A stretch of DNA of 64,000 nt from a virus (Duplodnaviria; Caudoviricetes). Below are positions 38,971-48,426 of the stretch, one piece after another. The notes under the pieces were generated by a model, which saw only the letters and a program-made list of their open reading frames with translations, was not told the DNA's origin and did not search any database. A program made the translations under genes and the position numbers. Within the stretch, counting starts at the first letter, position 1; each line of letters begins with the position of its first letter. The stretch lies in the IMG/VR virus record IMGVR_UViG_3300021255_001366, positions 32,001 through 96,000 of that record. The stretch is one strand, 5' to 3'.

Positions 38971-39409
38971 TTAGAATCGCATCTGCAACATCGTCATTAC
39001 ACTCTATCTTATATTTATTTGTAACATATGATACGGAGAAATCTTTAAGCTCTTGCCGCTTAATACCTCTACCGTTAGGAAAACCATCTATATACTTTCG
39101 CCAAGATGTCGGCTTTATAGTTCTAAACTTCTGATTCTTCCGCAAACACCATGCATATGTAACACCTTGAATACGATTAAGTAATGTTTGTACTTTTGGA
39201 TTGTTGCCACAGTAAGTATCCTCAATATACACAACAGTAGGGCGACACTTATTTAGTAAATCCCAAATTGCATCACACATTTTTGCAAGTCTATCATCGG
39301 TGTCTGTATTATCAGAAAAATCCAATAGAAGAGAAGTAGAATACTTTTTACCTATCCAAATTGACACGCCAGTCTTTTTACTCGAAGCATCTAAAGCAAC
39401 AAGTGTCAT
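38933..39409 (-). CDS. RuvC-like Holliday junction resolvase
   Basis: ALDAS...TG, YIED and DDVADAILIG acidic motifs. Confidence 0.85.
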   Translation of the reverse strand: MTLVALDASSKKTGVSIWIGKKYSTSLLLDFSDNTDTDDRLAKMCDAIWDLLNKCRPTVVYIEDTYCGNNPKVQTLLNRIQGVTYAWCLRKNQKFRTIKPTSWRKYIDGFPNGRGIKRQELKDFSVSYVTNKYKIECNDDVADAILIGEAAIQIEGGE

Positions 39410-39885
39410 AGGAAGTTGTTATCCTTTAAACACTTCTGATATTCTTCTTCAATAATCTTCGTTGTTAAGACTGTCTTGTCATTCGGAAACTCTGGATGTT
39501 CTTTACAATAAGCATTATACCGTGTGATGTCGTCCATTACTTGACTGTACGAGTCCTGCGATTGAGTTGTCCCTCTCCGGATGTCATCTCCAAATCGAAG
39601 AATTCTAACTCTTGATTGTATTGCCTGTCCTTCATCAACACGGTTTTCTAGCTTATCTATCTTGTCATTTGTTTCCTTTTGGTTTTCCTCTATCTTAGTT
39701 TCTATCTTTTCAATCTTGTCATTCAAATCTTTAATCCCAATAACTGAACGAAGTCCTTTTACTAGCCAGCTCCACGGATTAATCTTTATCTTGCTAATCT
39801 CAACGAGAGAGAGTAGAACAAGAATTACAATTGCCGCAATCCCTTTATGAGCGACAACAATATCAAGTATTTCATTTAGTGTCAT
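39406..39885 (-). CDS. Membrane protein of the lysis region
   Basis: N-terminal TM segment, KINPWSWL, coiled coil, RILRF motif. Confidence 0.65.
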   Translation of the reverse strand: MTLNEILDIVVAHKGIAAIVILVLLSLVEISKIKINPWSWLVKGLRSVIGIKDLNDKIEKIETKIEENQKETNDKIDKLENRVDEGQAIQSRVRILRFGDDIRRGTTQSQDSYSQVMDDITRYNAYCKEHPEFPNDKTVLTTKIIEEEYQKCLKDNNFL

Positions 39886-39912
39886 TATTAGATACCAAGC
39901 CCTTTCTTAGTG

Positions 39913-40272
39913 TTAAGCCTTAGCATCTTCTCCAATGTACTTTTGAATCTGCTCGTTAGAAGAAAGCATCTTTTTAAATTTCTCTAATGCTTCATCTACA
40001 TACTCGCAGAATTGTTCAAACGGCAATGCCATTGCAATCATGGGAAACTTTGCTAAAGCTTTGTCATATACCCACCTGAGTTTCAACATACCAGTTCCGC
40101 TACCAAGTTCCTTCTCAGCTTCCGCAACTGCAAAGAGTAGCCACTCCTTAAACATTGCAATCTTCTCATCTGTAGGTTTCTCCGAAAACTTAACAATAGT
40201 TATAATCAATTCAGTTAATACAACAACGAGCAATACAATTAATGCCCAATTATCAGCAATCCATTTAATCAT
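39913..40272 (-). CDS. LL-H-like holin
   Basis: Single TM segment; AVAEAEKELGSGTG..KL motif. Confidence 0.7.
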   Translation of the reverse strand: MIKWIADNWALIVLLVVVLTELIITIVKFSEKPTDEKIAMFKEWLLFAVAEAEKELGSGTGMLKLRWVYDKALAKFPMIAMALPFEQFCEYVDEALEKFKKMLSSNEQIQKYIGEDAKA

Positions 40273-40570
40273 GATCCGTTTCCTCACTTTCGTTATTCTG
40301 ATTTTCTAAGTCATATACGGCGTTTAGATATGTAACACCACCTTCTCTATTCTCAAGAGCAGACTTGGCAGCATAGATGCCAAACCCAACGACCTCCGCA
40401 ACAATTGCACCAATCAATGCATTAAGAGGAGAGAAGTCTGGAGTATATCCAGTTGATTTAGAAAATATTACATTCAGTGCAATCATTGCCATCGAAAAAA
40501 GTTCAATGATTACACAATTTATAAATAGAAATACAATAAGTTTCTTAGAGGTTGTTTGTTTTTTGTTCAT
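40265..40570 (-). CDS. Two-TM membrane protein, holin-like
   Basis: Two hydrophobic helices; KSALEN motif. Confidence 0.6.
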   Translation of the reverse strand: MNKKQTTSKKLIVFLFINCVIIELFSMAMIALNVIFSKSTGYTPDFSPLNALIGAIVAEVVGFGIYAAKSALENREGGVTYLNAVYDLENQNNESEETDHD

Positions 40571-41602
40571 TTATAAATCCCCCAAAGATTTCTGTTCAAC
40601 GTTTTTAATTCCGTTCTCGTCAAAATACTTACCAATATTTTCATCAGCAGATATATCTGTGTACAAATTCACCATGTCAGCAGACTCCCAGTTCACGATA
40701 TCTTGAATAACATTTGTTGGGATATTATTCTTTGCTAACATAGTGGTAAAGTAATGTCTCATAGAGTGCCAGTAAAAATCCTTACCAAGAAATCTAGTAA
40801 AACTATCTTTCCATCCATCAAGAGTCTCAGCGGCTATTGGTTGCGTCGCGTCGTCTTTACTAGGAAACAACCATTCACTCTCAATACCATTGTCTTTTCT
40901 ATACTTCATCCATAAGTCAAGATACGGTTGAAATTGTTTCTTAAGAACATATACTTGAATTCTCTTACCTTGCGATCCACGTCCTTTTGTCTGGATTTTC
41001 TCCGGCGTCTTCCATAAAGAACCAAACAATACATTCTCATCATTAAAATATGAAACCTTAAATCTAGGCAGTTCAGCCTTACGTCTACCAGAATACATTG
41101 CAAGTGCAAGACAACACGCTTGACGATACTTTTCTTTTTCTACAAGATAATCAAGCAACGCCTGTAGCTCGTCATCTTCAAACACAGTCTTTTCCCGCAC
41201 CGCAACGTTTACAGGAGACTCAATCTTTTTAATAACACTTCTATAACCTTCGTACTCTTCTTCTTCATCAAGAATGTTCTCAATATAATTCGAGAGAGAA
41301 GAAATAACAGACTTTACCCTACGAACACGCTTTGGACTCCATCCCCATTCATTAATTGCATGATTTTGAAATCTTGCAAATTCACGCTTCGTAATCTCCG
41401 TAAATCTCTTATTATCATTGTGTTCAAGGTTATACACAAAGAATATCTTTAAATCAGACTCATACTGACTAATTGTATTTGGTGATCTATCAATAGATTT
41501 CAAATAATCAAGAAAATCTTTTGTTAACTCCTTATTTTCAGGAAGAACCTTAGAAAGAGATTCTTCGCTTGTAATATTATTGTAAACAGTCGATCTTCCC
41601 AT
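40571..41602 (-). CDS. Second tyrosine recombinase (SPbeta YomM-like position)
   Basis: SGRRKAEL, HSMRH, W and Y catalytic positions; SAM-like N-terminus. Confidence 0.88.
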   Translation of the reverse strand: MGRSTVYNNITSEESLSKVLPENKELTKDFLDYLKSIDRSPNTISQYESDLKIFFVYNLEHNDNKRFTEITKREFARFQNHAINEWGWSPKRVRRVKSVISSLSNYIENILDEEEEYEGYRSVIKKIESPVNVAVREKTVFEDDELQALLDYLVEKEKYRQACCLALAMYSGRRKAELPRFKVSYFNDENVLFGSLWKTPEKIQTKGRGSQGKRIQVYVLKKQFQPYLDLWMKYRKDNGIESEWLFPSKDDATQPIAAETLDGWKDSFTRFLGKDFYWHSMRHYFTTMLAKNNIPTNVIQDIVNWESADMVNLYTDISADENIGKYFDENGIKNVEQKSLGDL

Positions 41603-41616
41603 ATGATTCCTCCTTT

Positions 41617-42741
41617 CTACCTTAATAACATCAAAACATTCTCAATGACGTAACAAATGTAATCAATGTCTTTTTCTGTAATCGTTTCACCGATTGTAAA
41701 TCGCACACACTCCATCGCTTGTTGCTCACTGAGTCCATATGCTAGAGCAACATGACTCGGTTCATCACTACCAGAGGAACATGCAGATCCTGTGCTTATA
41801 CAGATATTATGTTCGCTAAGCAACCTCATAAGAGTATCGCCTCGAACCCCATCAAATCGTATATAGATATTATTGGGCAGCCTATGATTTCTATCACCAA
41901 CTAAATTTCCACCCATACGTTCAAGTTTATCCAGCATATAATCTCTATGCGCTTTTAAAACTTGATTGTCCGGCTTGGACAAACAAGTTGCCTCGGCAAG
42001 ACTTGCGACCAACGGTGTGGCATAAGTACCGCCGATTAATCCTTGCTCACCAAAAATAACTGGTATAAGTTTGATTCCATCACGAACAAATAAGAATCCA
42101 CTACCTTTAATACCACCAAGCTTTTGTCCAGACATTGACATAAGGTCTATGCCAAGTTCTTGCACATCTATGTTGTAATACGGAAGATATTGGGTTGCAT
42201 CCGTATGAAGATAACAATCTGGATATTTATGAATAATTTCAGAAATCTCTTTTATAGGTTGAATGACCCCTGACTCAGAATTAGCCATTTGAACAGATAC
42301 AAGAGTTGAAAAATTCAAAGCACTCAGTCTCTTGAGTTGACTATCCAATTCGTCCAACTTTAAGATTCCATTACGATCTACATCGAGCATATAATTACCA
42401 CGCACATTTCCATGCATATAATCAGCCACCAACATAATGTCATCATGTTCAACGGCTGAACATAAAAAAGCATTCAATCCACCTCTGCGTAAAAAACCTT
42501 GAATTGCAACGCTGTTAGACATTGTTGCCCCAGATGTGAAATATATTTCAGCAGGAGAGCAGTTGATAGCGTTTGCAATACGCTCCTTGGAATCGTAAAC
42601 TATCTCCATGGATAAAACACCCATTTGGTGGTTAGAAGATGGATTTGCGTAAAAATTTTTCGCTATTAAATTAAAAAACTCCAAAACTTCTTTCTTTACT
42701 GGAGTACTTGCAGCATAGTCTAAGTAATAACTTTTTCCCAT
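41617..42741 (-). CDS. Cysteine desulfurase (IscS/NifS family)
   Basis: YLDYAASTP, NPSS.H, HTDATQ, SGQK (PLP Lys) and STGSACSSG...PSHV (catalytic Cys). Confidence 0.92.
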   Translation of the reverse strand: MGKSYYLDYAASTPVKKEVLEFFNLIAKNFYANPSSNHQMGVLSMEIVYDSKERIANAINCSPAEIYFTSGATMSNSVAIQGFLRRGGLNAFLCSAVEHDDIMLVADYMHGNVRGNYMLDVDRNGILKLDELDSQLKRLSALNFSTLVSVQMANSESGVIQPIKEISEIIHKYPDCYLHTDATQYLPYYNIDVQELGIDLMSMSGQKLGGIKGSGFLFVRDGIKLIPVIFGEQGLIGGTYATPLVASLAEATCLSKPDNQVLKAHRDYMLDKLERMGGNLVGDRNHRLPNNIYIRFDGVRGDTLMRLLSEHNICISTGSACSSGSDEPSHVALAYGLSEQQAMECVRFTIGETITEKDIDYICYVIENVLMLLR

Positions 42742-42745
42742 GTCG

Positions 42746-42958
42746 TCACCGCCTATCTAACCACTCATGATAAGCGTCATATGTTTTATCCCGGTTAAAT
42801 ACAAAAACGACAATGTCATCACCCGTACGATTATCTTTACTCGGGTATATATGTTTTGGCTCTATTCCTTTTGCTCCCCAATAGAATGCAGCTTGTTTTG
42901 GATTAACAATAGGAATATCTCTATCTAAATTAATTTTTATATTCTCATTCATAATCAC
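42746..42958 (-). CDS. Small hypothetical protein
   Basis: AAGGAG RBS; NPKQAAFY...VFVF...YHEW pattern. Confidence 0.6.
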   Translation of the reverse strand: MIMNENIKINLDRDIPIVNPKQAAFYWGAKGIEPKHIYPSKDNRTGDDIVVFVFNRDKTYDAYHEWLDRR

Positions 42959-42978
42959 TTGTTACTCCTTTTAATCTT

Positions 42979-43014
42979 AAAAAAAAGGAGGTTGCGAATC
43001 ATGCACAACCTCCT
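42979..43014 (-). terminator. Intrinsic terminator
   Basis: AGGAGGTTG/CAACCTCCT stem with long U-tract. Confidence 0.7.
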
Positions 43015-43018
43015 CAAA

Positions 43019-43459
43019 TTAGTCTTCGTTAATACGATTTATTCTACGCTTACGAGGACGATATTCCCTTGTGGCAACGTCTTCCTCTGACTCGCGTATT
43101 AATTCTTCAACCGTAGGCTCCGGGATAAGTGCTTCCTCTGGTTTTGCATTTGCCTCCACCGCTGAAACAATCTCTGGTTTCTCTACAACAGTTGATTTCT
43201 TTCCAAATAATTCATTAAGCTTCGAAGCAATAGTAGGCTTGAACTTATTGAAATCTGTAATGCCAAATTTGTCGATTACCTTCTTGACATCTTCGGCTTT
43301 CTTAATGCCCATGTTGAATCCGGATATGGCATTAAATACCTCTTTACACTCTTCGGTATCATACTCAGTCATCCAAGTAGGGTACTTTGCAAACTCACCA
43401 CAAGTTGGGCAGTATTTATATGTATTAAGGCATGCAATACATTGTCTTTCTTTTGCCAT
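43019..43459 (-). CDS. Zn-finger hypothetical protein
   Basis: CIAC...YKYCPTC...C. Confidence 0.7.
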   Translation of the reverse strand: MAKERQCIACLNTYKYCPTCGEFAKYPTWMTEYDTEECKEVFNAISGFNMGIKKAEDVKKVIDKFGITDFNKFKPTIASKLNELFGKKSTVVEKPEIVSAVEANAKPEEALIPEPTVEELIRESEEDVATREYRPRKRRINRINED

Positions 43460-43482
43460 CCTTTTTCATCCTTTCAAATAAT

Positions 43483-43510
43483 GGGACTCCATATGTAATT
43501 ATGGAGTCCC
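43483..43510 (-). terminator. Terminator-like hairpin after the major tail gene
   Basis: GGGACTCCATA/TATGGAGTCCC. Confidence 0.65.
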
Positions 43511-43523
43511 TATGGTTTACATT

Positions 43524-44351
43524 TTAGCTAAACTGCTTTGTGTCGTAATCGTCAGAATCCTCTGCAATAGCAATGTAATACAGAATCTGTCCCTTTCCGC
43601 AATAATCCTTGAGTGCCTGGGCGGAGAACGCCTGAGTGCTCTCGGTATCAAACGTAAGCTCTACGTCCGGAGACATCTGGAACTTAGGGAATACGATGTA
43701 AAGCGCACGTACAGTCTCGGTATCACAAAGGTCGGAAACGAGTACACGGAAAGTAGCCTTACACTCCTTCGGGAACTTATCACCAGTCTGATCAACTCTA
43801 GCAGCAATCTTATCTGCTGCTACGGTATACTCGTACTTAATCTGTACGGTATCAGTTGCGTTGGTGGGAAGCGCGATCTTGGTTACGCCAGCATCAACAG
43901 TTACTGCATAAGTATCCTCACCAGCAGACTCGCCCTTTACATACACCTTAGCAACATCAACTACACCGTTCTCAGAAGTACCATATACCATCAGAGTACC
44001 ATCAATCGGAGTATCCGGAAGAGATACGGGAGAATCAGTCTTTGCTACCTGATAGATACGAGGCATAGTTACCTCGGTACCAGTCTTCTTGTCAGAACCA
44101 GCCTGAATAGCTGCAAGGTTCATAGAGAATACTGCATTCTCGCCACTAATCTCTACGGACTTGGAGAGATAATATCTCTTCAGAAGCACACCCTGTGCGT
44201 CAGTCTTATCCTTGGTCTCAGAAGTTGTATTTACAGAAAAGTTAGAAATCTGATCAAGCACAGCGAGAAGCTTATTATCAGACTTGCTCTCGAACCAACC
44301 GTCAACTACACGGTCAATAACGAGCTGGTCAAAATTTAATACATCTGCCAT
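43524..44351 (-). CDS. Major tail tube protein
   Basis: Position after neck genes, strong codon bias, beta-rich sequence. Confidence 0.75.
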   Translation of the reverse strand: MADVLNFDQLVIDRVVDGWFESKSDNKLLAVLDQISNFSVNTTSETKDKTDAQGVLLKRYYLSKSVEISGENAVFSMNLAAIQAGSDKKTGTEVTMPRIYQVAKTDSPVSLPDTPIDGTLMVYGTSENGVVDVAKVYVKGESAGEDTYAVTVDAGVTKIALPTNATDTVQIKYEYTVAADKIAARVDQTGDKFPKECKATFRVLVSDLCDTETVRALYIVFPKFQMSPDVELTFDTESTQAFSAQALKDYCGKGQILYYIAIAEDSDDYDTKQFS

Positions 44352-44368
44352 TTTATTTCTCCTTTCGG

Positions 44369-45217
44369 TTATTTAACATTTACATCGCCACCATTAGGAG
44401 CGAATGATTGTTTAAGTGTTTTGCCACGCTGAGTTTTGTCAGCGTATTTTTCATCAGAATAAGTCCATTGAAAATTCTTGGACGGAATAGATTTAGTATC
44501 CATAAATCCAGACATAGAACCTTGCAAAAGAGCAACCGCTTGTTTTTTTCCTTGTATTTGAACCAAAGACTTCATGAACTGATAAATGGTCAATTCATAT
44601 GCAGATACATATGTATAAGGGAATTCCTCAGTATTGACCAAAGAAATGATTCCATTATGAAACATGGATTCGTACGGTTTGTCCTTATTCTTATCAGAAC
44701 GTTTTCTGTCTTCCATGATCAGTATCTTCGCAGTAGCTCTGTTTTTAGCCTTACGGCCGCTATGCGTGAAACCAATCATTTCTCTTACATACGGAATAAC
44801 ATCTTTATACATTTGCTCGTTAAAAATAAATTCGCTTGGCTGATAAGTAACATCGCCAAGCGTTAAAGGTTCTGTATTAGCAAGAACAATCTCTTGCACG
44901 TCTTCTTTTTTGTATACACACCTACTTAATGTTGAAAAATCTAAATCTCCAAATATAAGACTTGTATCATCTTTTGAAAATTGTTGAACAGTAGAATAGA
45001 AGTACGTCCAGTCATCTATCTCCATGAAATCAATTCCCATATCAGCCAATGCCGCCGGGTGATCCCATGCGCATGAGCATATTCCATAGAACACGCTCAT
45101 AAATCTAGACTCTCCAAATTCTTCAATCTGCCCAATCGTAGGCTGATACAACGTCACCTTGTCACCAATTACAATAGGTCTTCCTCTAAGTAATTTAAGT
45201 TTATCTATTTCTGACAT
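44369..45217 (-). CDS. Hypothetical tail-associated protein
   Basis: YQPTIGQI and LTIYQF motifs. Confidence 0.6.
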   Translation of the reverse strand: MSEIDKLKLLRGRPIVIGDKVTLYQPTIGQIEEFGESRFMSVFYGICSCAWDHPAALADMGIDFMEIDDWTYFYSTVQQFSKDDTSLIFGDLDFSTLSRCVYKKEDVQEIVLANTEPLTLGDVTYQPSEFIFNEQMYKDVIPYVREMIGFTHSGRKAKNRATAKILIMEDRKRSDKNKDKPYESMFHNGIISLVNTEEFPYTYVSAYELTIYQFMKSLVQIQGKKQAVALLQGSMSGFMDTKSIPSKNFQWTYSDEKYADKTQRGKTLKQSFAPNGGDVNVK

Positions 45218-45795
45218 TAACGCCTCTGACCTCCCCTCCGTATATTGAAGGTTGTGCCATCAGCTCTTGTCATAGAGTTAGGCGAGATACGCTCAAATAC
45301 AAGAGTTCTTGTTGCATAATGATTATCAGTAACACTTGGCTTATCAGACAAAAGCTTTAGCTGAAGCCCGAACTTATTAGTTCCATTGAAAACATCAATT
45401 AAAAGAGCTGCGATTAAATCATGCCTCGCAGCTCCAATTTCATCTACAACTAAGTCCTTATCATTACACAGTATATAGAAAACTATTTCCTCATATTTGA
45501 TTGCAGGATTATATCCAGAAGAAGCCTCAAACATACACTCAAAGCACAAGAAGTGTTTAACCTCTGTTTGTGTCTCCGGTATGATAAAACTAGACCTGAT
45601 GTTACCATCAGTTCCAAAGTATTCATCATTCTCCGCCTCAACTTCTTCTAACTCTTTATTATGAAGCAGATACATCAGAGTATCATTATCCAATAGTATC
45701 TGCTTAATCATTTCTTTTAACCTAACAGTATCCTCATTAGGCTTTTTCTTTAGGTCTATAAGATACTGCTTTTGCTCGGGTGTTAATTCTCGCAT
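45217..45795 (-). CDS. Putative tail terminator/completion protein
   Basis: RHDLIA motif; synteny. Confidence 0.55.
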   Translation of the reverse strand: MRELTPEQKQYLIDLKKKPNEDTVRLKEMIKQILLDNDTLMYLLHNKELEEVEAENDEYFGTDGNIRSSFIIPETQTEVKHFLCFECMFEASSGYNPAIKYEEIVFYILCNDKDLVVDEIGAARHDLIAALLIDVFNGTNKFGLQLKLLSDKPSVTDNHYATRTLVFERISPNSMTRADGTTFNIRRGGQRR

Positions 45796-45805
45796 ATTGC
45801 ACCTC

Positions 45806-47002
45806 CTATAGACTGATTAATTCAAACTTGATTTCTGCAGTCGCATCCGACCTAGTGTTACGAACTGTAAGCACTTTGTGCAGATACGTTTCATCACCGT
45901 TAAACTTAATCTTAATAGTGTTTGGCGTTTCAGTTGCCAACACAGTTACCATTTCGCTAACATCTGTGTCGTCGATTAGGTACGACCATACGCCAGGTTC
46001 TTGGTCTTTAATTAACTCTCCGCTGTTATAATACTGAATTGTCACAGTTTTATAACCACCATTAATCTTGACTTGCGGTTTGGTGCCTGTATATGTCATC
46101 TCCGCATAATTACCATCTGTTTCGATAGGTAAGATTTCGGGGTCGTCAGGTTCTGTAATCGGTAGATTGCCATCGCCTTTAAGGTCTGCATAAACACCAA
46201 CCCAATTTCCATCTTGGTCATATTCGATTACATCAGTATTCGGATTATACAAATCTTGAACGCAAGTGTAGTGAATAACACCAAGAGGATTGATTCCTTC
46301 AACCTTTGATATTTTCCACATAATTGGTGTATCAAGTGGAGGAGTAATACCAAGTCGAAGATTGTAAAATATGGTTTTTGAAGTGTCGTTATATGGCAAT
46401 ATGAATTTACGTTGATTTTCTACGGACGACATCTTGTAATCGGTCCAGATTCCACTGTTGTAGGAATTCTGGCTTCGTCCAACGCCCCACATATGTTGTT
46501 TCTTGCCTTTATACACCCACTTGAAATCGTAGTCGCAAAAGAGTACCGACCAATTCGGGAAGTCTCGATTATCAGTATTCGCACTAGCAACAACCAACCA
46601 TCTTCTGTAAACACCATCTACATCAGGTAAATCTACGAACATTCCCACTGGAAATTCAGCTCCACACTTCTTCGCAAACAACTTGTCATAATAAGATATA
46701 TTACAATGATAGGAAGGTTGAAACATTATTCTGTAATCTACATTATCCTTATCTAAACTCTGATATGAGTTAATTAAGAATTTAACATCAACTGGAATTT
46801 TTGTTTTTGATTTCTCTGGATGTAATCCAATGTTTTTATCTTGTTCATCATCATATTCCCAAGAATATAAATAACCAACACAACTAGCAGGATCATCATA
46901 CCATGTTGCTTCAACTACATTTTTTGACTCGACAGTATGGACTCTACCATTAGTGGTAACGCCATTCTGTCTAAGCCGCTGATAGTCACTAAAGTTAAGC
47001 AT
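45806..47002 (-). CDS. Putative head closure/neck protein
   Basis: Synteny after the adaptor; Ig-like C-terminus. Confidence 0.55.
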   Translation of the reverse strand: MLNFSDYQRLRQNGVTTNGRVHTVESKNVVEATWYDDPASCVGYLYSWEYDDEQDKNIGLHPEKSKTKIPVDVKFLINSYQSLDKDNVDYRIMFQPSYHCNISYYDKLFAKKCGAEFPVGMFVDLPDVDGVYRRWLVVASANTDNRDFPNWSVLFCDYDFKWVYKGKKQHMWGVGRSQNSYNSGIWTDYKMSSVENQRKFILPYNDTSKTIFYNLRLGITPPLDTPIMWKISKVEGINPLGVIHYTCVQDLYNPNTDVIEYDQDGNWVGVYADLKGDGNLPITEPDDPEILPIETDGNYAEMTYTGTKPQVKINGGYKTVTIQYYNSGELIKDQEPGVWSYLIDDTDVSEMVTVLATETPNTIKIKFNGDETYLHKVLTVRNTRSDATAEIKFELISL

Positions 47003-47351
47003 CAGCGTTCACCTCCTTGAGAGGATCGCAAATCTTTTCAACTTCAGCGCCAGCTTCGAGTATTAATTTACGATATGTTTTGAAATCAAATTTGTCTTTT
47101 ATTATTTTTCTGGCTTCTTCTAAAAGGCTCAACACAACAACAAGCTCACGAGGTTCTCCGAGCAATTCATTCAAACCGCTCAGTTTTCTCATCACACTTT
47201 CATGAGCCGTATCCAAATCTATATCTGGGTATTTTTCTCTCGTTTCTAAATCCTCTGCAACTAGCATCAGGAAGAAAATTCTTTTGCGAATATACGACTT
47301 TGCCTCAGAGAACTGCATGTCTGCAAATTCTCCGTACTTATGCGCAACCAT
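46995..47351 (-). CDS. Hypothetical protein
   Basis: Translationally coupled ORF in the neck cluster. Confidence 0.6.
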   Translation of the reverse strand: MVAHKYGEFADMQFSEAKSYIRKRIFFLMLVAEDLETREKYPDIDLDTAHESVMRKLSGLNELLGEPRELVVVLSLLEEARKIIKDKFDFKTYRKLILEAGAEVEKICDPLKEVNADA

Positions 47352-47812
47352 TAAACATTACCAAGATAAGAATTATATATATAACCCTTATCACGTAACA
47401 TTCCACGAACTTTGTTTTCGGAATCAGTAAGCAATTCACGCATTTGCTGTATGTGTTGCTGCTGACTAAAGAATTTCGACTCCTTACTATTTGTAATCAT
47501 TTGATGCAAGAGAGTAGTAGTATTCACCTGAGGTGTTAACCACTCACAAACCATCTGATATCCAAGTAATTCATCTACAAAGTTCTTGTCGTTGAAATCA
47601 TTAACCGGAGCTTGAAGCGTATATTCTAATTCGGCAATTTCTTCATCTGCCGAAATTGATTCAAATATTCTATTCACATAAGGCTTGCTAAGTGACGCGA
47701 GAAGCCAACCGCGCATATACTCATTAGCATCAGCCTCAGAATAGTTAAAGAACTCATAATCCTTAACCTTCATTAGAAAACGAGAATAGATATCGTTATA
47801 GGAAGAGGTCAT
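47351..47812 (-). CDS. Putative head-tail adaptor
   Basis: MT.Y.DIY.RFL.K..D start and M..EW motif; synteny. Confidence 0.65.
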   Translation of the reverse strand: MTSSYNDIYSRFLMKVKDYEFFNYSEADANEYMRGWLLASLSKPYVNRIFESISADEEIAELEYTLQAPVNDFNDKNFVDELLGYQMVCEWLTPQVNTTTLLHQMITNSKESKFFSQQQHIQQMRELLTDSENKVRGMLRDKGYIYNSYLGNV

Positions 47813-47829
47813 TCTGCACCTCCTTCTAA

Positions 47830-48390
47830 CTAATCTGACAGAAGTTCATTTAACAAACTTAAATCAGTACCAAATGCTTCATCAAGAGCCTTGATTTTGC
47901 GAACGCTATCAATCTCTCCAGAAACAATTTGATTAACAGCCATAGACTTAAGAGAATCTACCGCACCCTTCGGAAGTTTGCTAATAGCCTCCTTCATTTC
48001 GTACTCAGGAAGGTCAAGGATTTCCTTGATATTCTTAGTACTAAAATGGTCAGAGTAAAACTTCTTCAAAGTCGGATATTCATCAATAAAATCTTCATCC
48101 ATAATAATGAATCTCGGCTCGTAAACAGCCTTATCCTTTGATCTAACAAGAGCAACAAGATCACGATATTCAATCTCAGACTCATCATCGTAATCAGAAA
48201 ACTGATACGGCATTCCAGTCTTAGTACCAGTGACATATAAAGCTCCATGCGTTACAGAACGACACAAAATACCATCGCTCGGATCGAACTCCTTCTTAGT
48301 AGGCTTAGTTGCCACCGAAGTTTTTTCAACAGTTTGTTTAACCTCTTCTGTTTTAACTTCTGTCTTAGCCATTGTTTTTCTAGCGGCCAT
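47830..48390 (-). CDS. Hypothetical protein after the major capsid gene
   Basis: DSVRKIKALDEAFG motif; synteny. Confidence 0.65.
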   Translation of the reverse strand: MAARKTMAKTEVKTEEVKQTVEKTSVATKPTKKEFDPSDGILCRSVTHGALYVTGTKTGMPYQFSDYDDESEIEYRDLVALVRSKDKAVYEPRFIIMDEDFIDEYPTLKKFYSDHFSTKNIKEILDLPEYEMKEAISKLPKGAVDSLKSMAVNQIVSGEIDSVRKIKALDEAFGTDLSLLNELLSD

Positions 48391-48426
48391 AATCTTTTCT
48401 CCTTTTATTCTTAATTATGTATTGTA

